From: Alphaproteobacteria bacterium
GTDB taxonomy: Bacteria > Pseudomonadota > Alphaproteobacteria > UBA828
DNA: 64,000 nucleotides
Assembly: GCA_965221125.1 (NCBI GenBank)
Contig: CBDCRW010000007.1
Location: 160,001-224,000 of the forward strand
Direction of reading: 5' to 3'
Shown: piece after piece, positions 49,437-59,079 of the stretch
Layout of the letters: each line of letters begins with the position of its first letter
Position numbering within the stretch: position 1 is the stretch's first letter
The notes under the pieces: generated by a model
The model's database searches: none
Seen by the model: only the letters and a program-made list of their open reading frames with translations
Told to the model about the DNA's origin: nothing
Made by a program: the position numbers and the translations under genes

Positions 49437-49697
49437 AGCGGGTCCGGCAGTGGTGCCGTTGGCGGCGTTGTTGTGGGAGAACGGCGGGGCAGGTCCGCGT
49501 TGCCGGTTGCCGAATAACGTGAAAGACTGGACGTCAAACAAGCGGTCGCCCGTGATCTGTTCGAGACTCCCAAATCGAGGCAACGGTCGGACCGAAAGAC
49601 GGCATGCGCCGTTGCGGCCGGCGGGGGCGTCGGCGGCAATTGCGGTTGGTGCGAGCCGGGCACGTCATCCCCGTGCTGTGCGGACAAGGGTTGAGCT

Positions 49698-51986
49698 GTG
49701 ACCGAATTCATGGAGCGCTATATCGCCGTCGTTTTGACGCGTCGCTGGCTTATCGTCTTGGTGGCCGGCCCGATCATGCTGGCGATGACGGCGGGCGTTC
49801 AATACATCACCATCACGAATGATTACCGCAGCCTTTTCGAGGACGACAATCCCCAGCTCCTCGCATTCGATGCGCTGGAGAATACCTATTCTGCGTCCAA
49901 CCTCGCGCTCATTGCCGTGGCACCGGGGCAAGGCTCGGTGTTCACCCGGGAGGCGCTCGGCGCCATAGAGGAGCTGAGCGAGGCCGCCTGGGGCGCGCCC
50001 CACTCCATTCGGGTCGATTCGCTCACGAATTACTCCCATAGCGAGGCGTTCGAGGACGATCTGATTGTCGAGCCGCTCGTCATCGGCGCGCAGGACTTGA
50101 GCGATGACGAACTGGCGCAGGTCGAGGCCGTCGCGCTCAACTCTCCCGATCTGGCCGGGCGGCTGGTGGCGTATGACGGGCAAGTCGGCGGCGTGGCCAT
50201 CACCTTCGCCCTGCCCGACAACCCGGACGAGGCGGTGGTCGAGATTACCGACTACCTGAACGGCGTCCTGGCGGAAGCTCGCGCGGAGCATCCGGCCCTC
50301 GCCTACTACCTGACCGGCGACGTCGTCTTGAACCGCGCGTTCTCCGACGCCACCAAGAATGACCTCGTGACCTTCGCGCCGATCGTGCTCCTGGTCATCG
50401 TCGTGGTCACGGTCGCACTCTTGCGCTCGGCTCTCGGCACGCTCGCCATCATCGGCGTTCTGGGATTCATCATTAACACCACCATGGGGTTCGCGGGCTG
50501 GATCGGCACGGTGCTCAACCCCGCGAATTCGGGTGTGGCGATCATCGTCATGACGATCGCCATCGCCCACTCGGTTCATATCGTCACCGCCGTGCTATCG
50601 GGGCTGAGGCGCGGGCTGAGCAAGGAGGAAGCGATCGCTGCGTCCCTTCGCAGCAACGCCTATCCGGTGCTTCTTACGACCGTCACGACGGCAATCGGCT
50701 TTCTCAGCCTCAATTCCTCGGATTCGCCTGCCTTCCATGTTCTGGGAAATCTGGTGGCCTTCGGCGTCGTCTGCGCGTTCATCTATTCGATGACGCTCTT
50801 GCCGGCAGTGCTGTGCATCCTGCCGTTGCGTGCCCGCTCCGCCAGGAGCAGGCAGGCGGAGTTCTTCGAGCGCTTCGGCGCATTCGTCGTCGCGCGTCGG
50901 CGCTATCTATTCTTGGTCATGTGCCTCGTGGTTGCTGTCCTGGCCGCCGGTATCCCCCGAATCGAGCTGACCGACAACTGGACGCGGTATCTCGACGACC
51001 GTTACGAATTCCGGCGCAATACCGATTTCGTCATCGAGAATCTCACCGGCATGGAGACGCTGGAGTACTCGCTGAAAAGCGGGGGCGAAGGCGGCATCAC
51101 CGACCCCGAGTACATGAGCAAAGTCGAGGCGTTCGCAGAATGGTACCGCGATCAGCCCGAAGTGACTCATGTTCAGGCGTTCCCGGACATCATGAAGCGC
51201 CTGAACAAGAACATGCACGGGGACGATCCCGAATTCTATCGATTGCCGGACGATCCGGAATTGGCGGCGCAGTACCTGCTGCTTTACGAGCTCTCGCTCC
51301 CGTTCGGAAGCGACCTCAACAACCGCATCGACGTCGCCAAGTCCGCCACCCGACTGACCGTCGTGCTCCGCAGCTTGTCGGCACGAGAGCAGCGCGAGCT
51401 CGATGCACGCGCGCAGGCCTGGCTTGGCTCGAATGCGCCCAGTCTTCTCACGGAGGCATCGGGCGTGAGCATCGTCTTCGCTAACCTTTCGCAACGTAAC
51501 ATCGACAGCATGCTGGTCGGCACGCTCATAGCCATGGGGCTCATTTCGTTGATTCTGCTTCTGGTCTTCAGGAACGTGCGCCTCGGGCTTCTCAGCCTGA
51601 TACCCAACCTGATTCCCCTGGTGATGAGCTTCGGCCTGTGGGGCTATCTGGTCGGCCGTGTCGGTCTTGCGGCTTCCGTGGTCGCGGCGATGGCCTTCGG
51701 CATCATCGTGGACGACACGATCCACTTCCTCAGCAAGTACATGAAGGCACGCCGAGAGGGGAAGTCGCCGTCGGAAGCGGTGCGCTACACCTTCCGCATC
51801 GTGGGGCAGGCGCTGTGGACAACGACCGCGGTTCTGTCGGCCGGTTTTCTGGTGTTCGCGTCGTCCGGATTCGAGGTGAGCTGGTCGCTCGGCCTGCTGG
51901 TGACTCTCACCATTGTACTGGCGTTATTGGCGGACTTCCTGCTGCTGCCGCCTCTGCTAATGCTCATCGATCGGAAAAAGCCATGA
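49698..51986 (+). CDS. MMPL/RND-superfamily transporter
   Basis: Two-fold internal repeat; TTVTTAIGFLSL and GIIVDDTIHF motifs; large periplasmic loops. Confidence 0.9.
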   Translation: MTEFMERYIAVVLTRRWLIVLVAGPIMLAMTAGVQYITITNDYRSLFEDDNPQLLAFDALENTYSASNLALIAVAPGQGSVFTREALGAIEELSEAAWGAPHSIRVDSLTNYSHSEAFEDDLIVEPLVIGAQDLSDDELAQVEAVALNSPDLAGRLVAYDGQVGGVAITFALPDNPDEAVVEITDYLNGVLAEARAEHPALAYYLTGDVVLNRAFSDATKNDLVTFAPIVLLVIVVVTVALLRSALGTLAIIGVLGFIINTTMGFAGWIGTVLNPANSGVAIIVMTIAIAHSVHIVTAVLSGLRRGLSKEEAIAASLRSNAYPVLLTTVTTAIGFLSLNSSDSPAFHVLGNLVAFGVVCAFIYSMTLLPAVLCILPLRARSARSRQAEFFERFGAFVVARRRYLFLVMCLVVAVLAAGIPRIELTDNWTRYLDDRYEFRRNTDFVIENLTGMETLEYSLKSGGEGGITDPEYMSKVEAFAEWYRDQPEVTHVQAFPDIMKRLNKNMHGDDPEFYRLPDDPELAAQYLLLYELSLPFGSDLNNRIDVAKSATRLTVVLRSLSAREQRELDARAQAWLGSNAPSLLTEASGVSIVFANLSQRNIDSMLVGTLIAMGLISLILLLVFRNVRLGLLSLIPNLIPLVMSFGLWGYLVGRVGLAASVVAAMAFGIIVDDTIHFLSKYMKARREGKSPSEAVRYTFRIVGQALWTTTAVLSAGFLVFASSGFEVSWSLGLLVTLTIVLALLADFLLLPPLLMLIDRKKP

Positions 51987-52807
51987 CACTCTTTCGACCC
52001 ACCCTACTGGCGCTCTCGATTATCGCGCTTTGCGCGACGTTCACGGTGTTTTCGGGAGCGGGAACAGCGGCGAATGCCGACGACTCGAGCCCCGAAGCAC
52101 GCGGGCTGCAGATTGCGGAAGACGCCCGCGCGCGCGCCGAAGGCTTCGGCAACTTCACGGCGAGCCAGACCATGGTCCTGCGCAACAAGCAGGGGCAGGA
52201 AAGCCGGCGCCAGCTCCGCTTCAAGGTTCTCGAAGTCGAAGACGACGGCGACAAGAGCATCTTCGTCTTCGACGAGCCGCGCGACGTCAAGGGGACGGCG
52301 CTGCTCATCCACGCCCACCGGCAGGGCGACGACGAGCAATGGCTCTATCTGCCGGCCCTGAAGCGGGTGAAGCGCATCAGTTCCGCGAACCGCTCCGGCT
52401 CCTTCATGGGCAGCGAGTTCGCCTACGAGGACCTGAGCACCCAGGAAGTGGAGAAGTACACGCACCGATACCTGCACGACGAGCCGTGCGGCGACCTCAC
52501 CTGCACGGTTTCGGAACGCGTGCCGGTGGAGAAGGGATCGGGCTACAGCCGCCAGCTGGTGTGGCACGACCAGGACGAGCTTCGCGTCTGGAAGGTGGAA
52601 TACTACGACCGCAAGAGCGCGCACCTGAAGACGTTGACGCTCAGCAATTACGAGCGCTATCTGGATCGCTTCTGGCAGGCTGGCGAGATGGTGATGGTGA
52701 ACCACGTTACGGGCAAGAGCACCGACCTGAGCTGGTCGGACTTCGAGTTCGGAACCGACCTCGACGACCGTGACTTCACCCGGACCGGCCTCAAGCGCGT
52801 GCGCTGA
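51983..52807 (+). CDS. Outer-membrane lipoprotein-sorting (LolA-like) periplasmic protein
   Basis: Signal peptide; PRDVKGTALL, QWLYLPALKRVKRI, SFMGSEFAYEDL. Confidence 0.85.
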   Translation: MTLFRPTLLALSIIALCATFTVFSGAGTAANADDSSPEARGLQIAEDARARAEGFGNFTASQTMVLRNKQGQESRRQLRFKVLEVEDDGDKSIFVFDEPRDVKGTALLIHAHRQGDDEQWLYLPALKRVKRISSANRSGSFMGSEFAYEDLSTQEVEKYTHRYLHDEPCGDLTCTVSERVPVEKGSGYSRQLVWHDQDELRVWKVEYYDRKSAHLKTLTLSNYERYLDRFWQAGEMVMVNHVTGKSTDLSWSDFEFGTDLDDRDFTRTGLKRVR

Positions 52808-54072
52808 TGACCCTTGGCGTCGGCCTGCGCCGCGCCGCGCTCGGCGCTGCTTGCCTTCTGGCCGCGGCCCTTACCGCGGAGCCGGGCGCGGCGGACTGGA
52901 TCGACTACTACGAGTTCTCCGGCCGCGTGAGCGTGGACGGCCGATGGTATCCGCAGTCCGCCGCCTACCCGGATCAGCGCTCCCACGCGAGCGGCTTCTC
53001 CGTCGCGCCCAGGCTCTACCTGGAGGATGAAGAGGGCCGCAGCGTCACCCTGGAGGGCTTCTATCGCCTGGACGGCGGCGATCCGCACCGCACCCACGCC
53101 GATCTGCGCGAAGCCTATCTGCTGCTGTTCGGCGAACTCGGCGATGACGAGTGGGAGTTGCGTCTCGGCGTCGACCGCGTCTTCTGGGGTGTCGCGGAAT
53201 CGCGCCACCTGGTCGACATCATCAACCAGACGGACCTCATCGAGCACCCGAACGAAGAGGCCAAGCTGGGCCAGCCGATGGCCCATCTCACGCTGTCGGG
53301 CGAGTGGGGCGTGGCGGAGGTGTTCGCGCTCCCCTACCACCGCTTGCGCACCTATCCGGGCCGCCGCGGCCGGCTGCGCACGGGTCTCGTCGTGGACAAC
53401 GACCGCGCGACCTACGAAAGCGGCGCCGAGGAATGGCACCTGGACCTCGCCGCCCGCTACAGCCACAGCCTGGGCCCCTTCGACTTCGGCATCAGCGTCT
53501 TCGACGGCACCAGCCGCGAGCCCACGCTGCAGCTCGGCCTCGACCGCAATTCGGCGCCGATCCTGGTCCCCCACTACGAGCAGATCCGCCAGTTCGGCCT
53601 GGATGCGCAGATGACCGCCGGCGCCTGGCTGCTGAAACTCGAGGCCATCCGGCGCACCGGCGCGCGCAATGCCGCCCTGCCCGTCAGCATGGAAGAGGAC
53701 TACACGGCCTTCGTCGCCGGCGGCGAGTACACGCTCTACTCCGTGTTCGACTCAGGCATCGATCTCGGCCTGCTTGGCGAATGGAACCGCGACGGGCGGC
53801 GCGAGCGCGCGACCAACGTCTTTCAGAACGACCTCTTTCTCGGCGCTCGGCTTGCGTTCAACGACGTGGAGAGCACCGACCTCATCGTCGGCGTGCTTCA
53901 TGACGCGGACTTCGGCACCCGCTCCTTCAACGCGGAATTCAACAGGCGCCTCTCGGACGAATGGTCGCTTCATCTCGAAGCGGTCGTCTTCAGCGGTGTC
54001 GATGGGATGGATCTCGCCTACAGCACCCGGCGCGACAGCTTCGTCGAGTTGAACCTGACCTACAACTTCTAG
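52807..54072 (+). CDS. Putative outer-membrane beta-barrel protein
   Basis: Signal peptide; LREAYL, FWGVAES..LVDIINQTD; alternating strands; C-terminal LTYNF. Confidence 0.8.
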   Translation: MTLGVGLRRAALGAACLLAAALTAEPGAADWIDYYEFSGRVSVDGRWYPQSAAYPDQRSHASGFSVAPRLYLEDEEGRSVTLEGFYRLDGGDPHRTHADLREAYLLLFGELGDDEWELRLGVDRVFWGVAESRHLVDIINQTDLIEHPNEEAKLGQPMAHLTLSGEWGVAEVFALPYHRLRTYPGRRGRLRTGLVVDNDRATYESGAEEWHLDLAARYSHSLGPFDFGISVFDGTSREPTLQLGLDRNSAPILVPHYEQIRQFGLDAQMTAGAWLLKLEAIRRTGARNAALPVSMEEDYTAFVAGGEYTLYSVFDSGIDLGLLGEWNRDGRRERATNVFQNDLFLGARLAFNDVESTDLIVGVLHDADFGTRSFNAEFNRRLSDEWSLHLEAVVFSGVDGMDLAYSTRRDSFVELNLTYNF

Positions 54073-54271
54073 AGCGATTTCCGACCATACGAGATAACTG
54101 CGGCCCGGTAGGGCGGAGGGGGAACGCAAGCCGCGACGTTCTTTACTCCCTCTCCTCCCCACGGGGAGGAGAGGGCCGGGGTGAGGTGGGGGATTCCTTT
54201 CGGCCGTCCGGCAAGCAAAGACGCGAACGTGCGGTAATCGAATACGATTCAATCCGGTCGGATCGTGCTAG
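54069..54271. repeat. About 200-bp CTAG-bounded element between convergent stop codons
   Basis: Left end CTAGAGCGATTTCCGACC; right end GGTCGGATCGTGCTAG (imperfect IR). Confidence 0.5.
54148..54192. repeat. REP-like hairpin
   Basis: CCCTCTCCTCCCC-ac-GGGGAGGAGAGGG perfect 13-bp stem followed by CCGGGGTGAGG. Confidence 0.65.
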
Positions 54272-54657
54272 CGGCGCAACACGCCATGGAGAAGGGCGAA
54301 GCGGTATCCATACACGGCGCAGTCCATGAGGAACTCGAAACTGAGAAGTATCATCACGATCATGGAGCCGAGCGAACCTGCAACCAACAGTAATGCGGCC
54401 GTCGGCGGGCCAAGAATGACGACGAGCGCCCACGCCGCGTCGGGCAGGCGCGTTCCCCGAACCCAGGACCAGCCTACCGACAGCGGCAGTGTGGTGAGCC
54501 CCGCCACCCCGAGCCACAGCCACTCCATCATGACAAGGGCGACACCAAGCCGGTTCTTCATGTTCCACGTGCCGTTGCCCGTGGCGGCCTCGTGCTCCCA
54601 GCCACCGGCAGGCCGCGGAGAGGAGTGGGAGTGCGAGGGCGAGGTCTGGCCGGTCAT
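54268..54657 (-). CDS. Small hypothetical membrane protein
   Basis: Several hydrophobic segments; start uncertain. Confidence 0.35.
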   Translation of the reverse strand: MTGQTSPSHSHSSPRPAGGWEHEAATGNGTWNMKNRLGVALVMMEWLWLGVAGLTTLPLSVGWSWVRGTRLPDAAWALVVILGPPTAALLLVAGSLGSMIVMILLSFEFLMDCAVYGYRFALLHGVLRR

Positions 54658-55025
54658 GCAGAATTCACCGCGCTGGAACGGAGCTCGGCGCTGCTCTGGC
54701 AGGCGAGCACCAGAAGGTGCGATTGCTGCCGAGGCGAGTTCATGGCCCGCCTCGCGATAATCTGCATTTCTCCTCCGACTGCCCATCAGCTTATCACAAC
54801 GCAACAGCAAGGCAATCTGGATCGCATGTTGCCGGATCGTGTGTAGGCCCGGAGGTCATGCGCGAGCAGTAGTCAAGCAACAGGCGACGGCAGGTGGGAC
54901 CAGCCTGCGTTGATCGTCACCTCTTGCTCCCTTGGCGTGGCCATGCCGATCTACGATGCCAACCGGAAAACCTCCTCGGTCAACTCAACACCTCACTGCA
55001 GCACACTCGCGAGAAATGCAGGCCG

Positions 55026-55126
55026 GGAAGCGCGCCGAGGAGGTCGGCTGGAAGCAGGCGGTCCAGGAACGCGACGCCGGCACCTACGACTGGCCCCGCA
55101 ACCGCCCGATCGAAGGCGAGGAGTGA
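55026..55126 (+). pseudogene. Possible C-terminal remnant of a crotonase/enoyl-CoA hydratase gene
   Basis: KRAEEVGWKQAVQERDAGTYDWPRNRPIEGEE*, recalled as a crotonase C-terminus; host-like codon usage. Confidence 0.4.
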
Positions 55127-55160
55127 TATAGTCGGGCAGCACTCCCTGAAGGCCCGGACG

Positions 55161-55451
55161 ATGACTGTGCTGAAGAACCCTTCTCACCCCGGCGAGGTAC
55201 TTGCGGAGCTCTATCTCGGGCCCCTCGGCATGAGCGCGATCGCACTCGCGAAGCGCCTGCATGTGCCGCGCACGCGCATCGAGCGGCTGGTGAAGGGCGA
55301 AACCTCGCTCTCGGTGGACACCGCGATGCGGCTTTCCCGGTTCTTCGGCAACACGCCGGAGTTCTGGATGAACCTGCAGCGGGCCTACGACATCGCCCGT
55401 GCACGTGAGACGGTCGACCTCTCGAACATCGAGCCCCTGGCGGCCGCCTGA
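55161..55451 (+). CDS. higA: HigA-family antitoxin (XRE HTH)
   Basis: HPGEVL...LAKRLHVPRTRI...DTAMRLSRFFGNTPEFWMNLQ. Confidence 0.9.
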   Translation: MTVLKNPSHPGEVLAELYLGPLGMSAIALAKRLHVPRTRIERLVKGETSLSVDTAMRLSRFFGNTPEFWMNLQRAYDIARARETVDLSNIEPLAAA

Positions 55452-55582
55452 GACCTCGTCCCGCCCGACACCCAAGCGCCCCTGCCATTGCCGCTCGGCC
55501 CGCGCTGACATAGGCTGGCGCCGCCCCGCTGCCGTCCCGACCATTGCGGCGGCTTGCCACCCCTCGACCAAGGAGACGCAGC

Positions 55583-56980
55583 ATGTCGCTCGATCAGGCC
55601 CAGAACATCTCGCTGGAGGAGCTCGACAAGCAGGTCCTGCTCCACCCGGTCACCTCGATCGCCGAGCATCAGGACGCAGGCCCCGTCATCTACGGCAGGA
55701 GCGGGGGCGTGAAGGTCTACGACCGCCAGGGCAACGGCTACATCGACGCCGCCGCGGCGCTCTGGTGCGTCAACATCGGCTACGGGCGGACGAGGCTCGC
55801 CGAGGTCGCGGCCGAGGAAATGTCGCGCATCGGCTTCTTCCACAGTTTTGGCGCCGCCTCCAACGAGCCGCAGATCAGGCTGGCCGAGAAGCTGCTCTCG
55901 CTGCTGCACGAGCACGCGGACTGCCACCACATCGGCAAGGTGTTCTTCGGCCTCTCCGGCTCGGACGGCAACGACACGCAGTTCAAGCTGGTGCGCTACT
56001 ACAACAACCTGCTGGGCCGGCCCGAGAAGAAGAAGATCATCTCCCGCATCGGCGCCTACCACGGCGTCACCAACGCGGCCGGCAGCCTCACCGGCATTCC
56101 GCTCTACCACAAGGCCTTCGACCTGCCCTTCGAGGGCGTGCTGCACACCGACTGCCCACATTACTGGCGCGAGGGCCAGGACGGCGAGAGCGAGGAGGCG
56201 TTCGCGGACCGCATGGTGGCCTCCCTCGAAGCGATGATCGAGCGCGAGGGGCCGGAGACGGTCGCGGCCTTTATCGCCGAGCCCGTGATGGGCACCGGCG
56301 GCGTGATCATTCCGGGCGGCGGCTACTACGACAAGGTGCAGGCGCTGCTGAAAAAGCACGACATCCTCTTCATCGCGGACGAGGTGATCTGCGGCTTCGG
56401 CCGGCTCGGCACCTGGTTCGGCGCGAGCTACTTCGACCTCAAGCCCGACATGATGACCTTCGCCAAGGGGCTCACCAGCGCCTACTTCCCGATGTCGGCG
56501 GTGGCAATCTCCGACGACGTCTGGCAGGTGCTGGCGGACGGCACGCCAGAGGTCGGCATGTTCGCCCACGGCTTCACCTATTCGGGCCACCCGGTGGGCG
56601 GCGCGGTCGGCCTCGCCAACCTTGAGATCATGGAGTCCGAGAACCTGGTCGCCAACGCGGCCGAGGTCGGCCCCTACTTCAAGCAGTGCCTGGTCGAGCG
56701 CCTGGGCGGTCACCCCAACGTCGGCGACATCCGGGGCGCGGGCCTCATGCTCGGCGTCGAGTATGCGGCCGAGCCGGGCAGCAAGGCGGCACCCGACATG
56801 ACCCCGCCGGCGCACCGGCGCGTCTCCGCCGCTTCGCAGGAGCGCGGGCTGCTGACGCGGGCGCTGCCCTTCCTGCCGGTCAACGCGTTCTCGCCGCCGC
56901 TCACGTTCACGCGGGCGGACGTGGACGAGACCGTCGCCATCTACGGCGAGGCCGTGGAAAGCGTCTTCGGCACGGGCTGA
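55583..56980 (+). CDS. Class III PLP aminotransferase (omega-amino acid type)
   Basis: [51 protein letters not shown]. Confidence 0.93.
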   Translation: MSLDQAQNISLEELDKQVLLHPVTSIAEHQDAGPVIYGRSGGVKVYDRQGNGYIDAAAALWCVNIGYGRTRLAEVAAEEMSRIGFFHSFGAASNEPQIRLAEKLLSLLHEHADCHHIGKVFFGLSGSDGNDTQFKLVRYYNNLLGRPEKKKIISRIGAYHGVTNAAGSLTGIPLYHKAFDLPFEGVLHTDCPHYWREGQDGESEEAFADRMVASLEAMIEREGPETVAAFIAEPVMGTGGVIIPGGGYYDKVQALLKKHDILFIADEVICGFGRLGTWFGASYFDLKPDMMTFAKGLTSAYFPMSAVAISDDVWQVLADGTPEVGMFAHGFTYSGHPVGGAVGLANLEIMESENLVANAAEVGPYFKQCLVERLGGHPNVGDIRGAGLMLGVEYAAEPGSKAAPDMTPPAHRRVSAASQERGLLTRALPFLPVNAFSPPLTFTRADVDETVAIYGEAVESVFGTG

Positions 56981-57005
56981 GCCCCCGCCGCCGGGGCGCT
57001 GCGCC

Positions 57006-59078
57006 GTGGGGCTTCGCATCTCCGTCGATACCGGCGGCACCTTCACCGATGTGGTGGCCGGCGGCGACGGGCGGGAGGTGGTCGGCAAGGCGCCGACCAC
57101 GCCTGACCGCATCTTCGTCGGCATGCGGGGCGCGCTGGAGAACGCGGCCGAGCAGCTTGGCCTCAGCCTGCCCGCTCTGCTGGGCGAGACCGACCTGCTC
57201 ATCTACGGGACGACGCGGGCCACCAACGCGATCGTGCAGGGCGCGGTGGCCAAGACGGCGTTCCTCGTCACGTCCGGCTTCCCCGACATCCTGGTGCTGA
57301 AGGAGGGCGGCAAGCACGGGGTCCACGACTTCGAGACCGACTACCCGGACCCCTACATCCCGCAGGCGCATACCTTCGAGATCGACGAGCGGATCGACGC
57401 CGAGGGCGGCGTGGTGACGCCGCTGGATCGCGAGCAGGCGCGCGCGGTTCTGCGGCTCGTGGGCGAGCGCGGCTTCGAGGCGGTCGCGGTCTGCCTGCTC
57501 TGGGCGGTCGCGAACCCCGCGCACGAGCAGGCGCTGGCCGCGCTGATCGAGGAGGCGCTTCCCGGCGTGCCCTACACTCTCTCGCACCGGCTGATCCCCA
57601 TCGTGCGCGAATACCGGCGCGCGTCCGCCACCGCCATCGACGCCTCGCTCAAGCCGATCATGCAGGCGCACCTGCGCGGCATGGAGGACGACCTGCGCGG
57701 GGCCGGTTGTGAGGGCGAGATCCTGGTGAGCACCTCGGTCGGCGGCTGCATGCACGTGGACGAGCTGGTCGCGCGGCCCATCCACACGGTCAAGTCCGGC
57801 CCCGCCATGGCGCCGGTGGCGGCGCTCACCTACTCGCAGATGGAGGGTTTCGGGGACGACGTGATCGTCTGCGACACCGGCGGCACCACCTTCGACGTGA
57901 GCCTCGCGCGCGACGGCGCGGTGAAGCAGACCCGCGAGACCTGGATCGGCGGCCAGTGGATCGGCCACATCCTCTCCATCTCTTCGGTGGACGTGCGCAG
58001 CATCGGCGCGGGCGGCGGCTCCATCGCCTGGATCGATCCAGGCGGCCTGCTTCGCGTCGGCCCGCGCAGCGCAGGCGCCGTGCCGGGGCCGGCCTGCTAC
58101 GGCGCGGGCGGCACAGAGCCCACGGTGACCGATGCGGCGCTGCTGCTGGGCTACCTCGACCCCGGCTACTTCCTCGGCGGCAGGCTCGCGCTGGATGAGG
58201 GCGCGGCGCGACAAGCGGTGGGCGCGCTGGCGGACCGGCTCGGCAAATCCCTCGACGACGGCGCCCACGCCATCATGAGCCTCGCCAACGAGCTGATGAT
58301 CAAGGCGATCCAGGACATCACGGTCACCGAGGGCTTCAACCCGCGCGAATGCACCCTCGTCGCCGGCGGCGGCGCGGCCGGCCTCGGCGCCATGGCGATC
58401 GCGGGCGAGCTCGGCTGCGAGCGCGTGATCCTGCCGCGCACCGCTTCTGTGCTCAGCGCCTGCGGGATGCAGGTCTCGGACGTGGTCCACGAACATTCCG
58501 CCAGCATGGTGACGCGCTCGGTCGGCTTCGATTTCGAGGGGGTGAACGCCGTGCTCGCGGCCATCGACGAGGAGCTGGAGCGCTTCGCCGCGACCCTCGG
58601 CGAGCGCGGGCTCCAGACCATGCGGATCGAGCGCTTCGTCGAGGCCCGCTATCTGTTCCAGGTGTGGGAGCTCGACGTGGCGCTCCCGGTCGAGCGCTTC
58701 GAGACCGAGCGCGACGTCGCCGCGCTGGTCGAGCGCTTCCACGCCACCCACGAGCAGGTCTTCGCCGTGCGCGATCCGGAGAGCATCCTCGAATGCCTCA
58801 ACTGGAAGGGGCGGCTCTCCGTCGGCCTCGACGAAGCGCCGCGGCCGGCCGCAGGCGAGGCTACCGCCGGTGTGCCGGAGCCCGACAGCCGCCGGCCCGC
58901 CTACTTCGGCGGCGGCGCGCGCATCGACACGCCGATCTACCTCGGCCGCAACCTCCGCCCCGGCGCCGTGATCGAGGGGCCCGCCATCGTCGAGGAGCCG
59001 ACCACCACCATCGTGGTCGACCCCGGCACGCGGACCCGCCTCAGCGCCGGCGGCAACTTCATCCTGGAGGCCTTCTGA
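57006..59078 (+). CDS. Hydantoinase/oxoprolinase subunit A
   Basis: VDTGGTFTD, SGPA, DTGGTTFD, GAGGGS, PGPACY, PTVTDA. Confidence 0.92.
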   Translation: MGLRISVDTGGTFTDVVAGGDGREVVGKAPTTPDRIFVGMRGALENAAEQLGLSLPALLGETDLLIYGTTRATNAIVQGAVAKTAFLVTSGFPDILVLKEGGKHGVHDFETDYPDPYIPQAHTFEIDERIDAEGGVVTPLDREQARAVLRLVGERGFEAVAVCLLWAVANPAHEQALAALIEEALPGVPYTLSHRLIPIVREYRRASATAIDASLKPIMQAHLRGMEDDLRGAGCEGEILVSTSVGGCMHVDELVARPIHTVKSGPAMAPVAALTYSQMEGFGDDVIVCDTGGTTFDVSLARDGAVKQTRETWIGGQWIGHILSISSVDVRSIGAGGGSIAWIDPGGLLRVGPRSAGAVPGPACYGAGGTEPTVTDAALLLGYLDPGYFLGGRLALDEGAARQAVGALADRLGKSLDDGAHAIMSLANELMIKAIQDITVTEGFNPRECTLVAGGGAAGLGAMAIAGELGCERVILPRTASVLSACGMQVSDVVHEHSASMVTRSVGFDFEGVNAVLAAIDEELERFAATLGERGLQTMRIERFVEARYLFQVWELDVALPVERFETERDVAALVERFHATHEQVFAVRDPESILECLNWKGRLSVGLDEAPRPAAGEATAGVPEPDSRRPAYFGGGARIDTPIYLGRNLRPGAVIEGPAIVEEPTTTIVVDPGTRTRLSAGGNFILEAF

Positions 59079-59079
59079 G

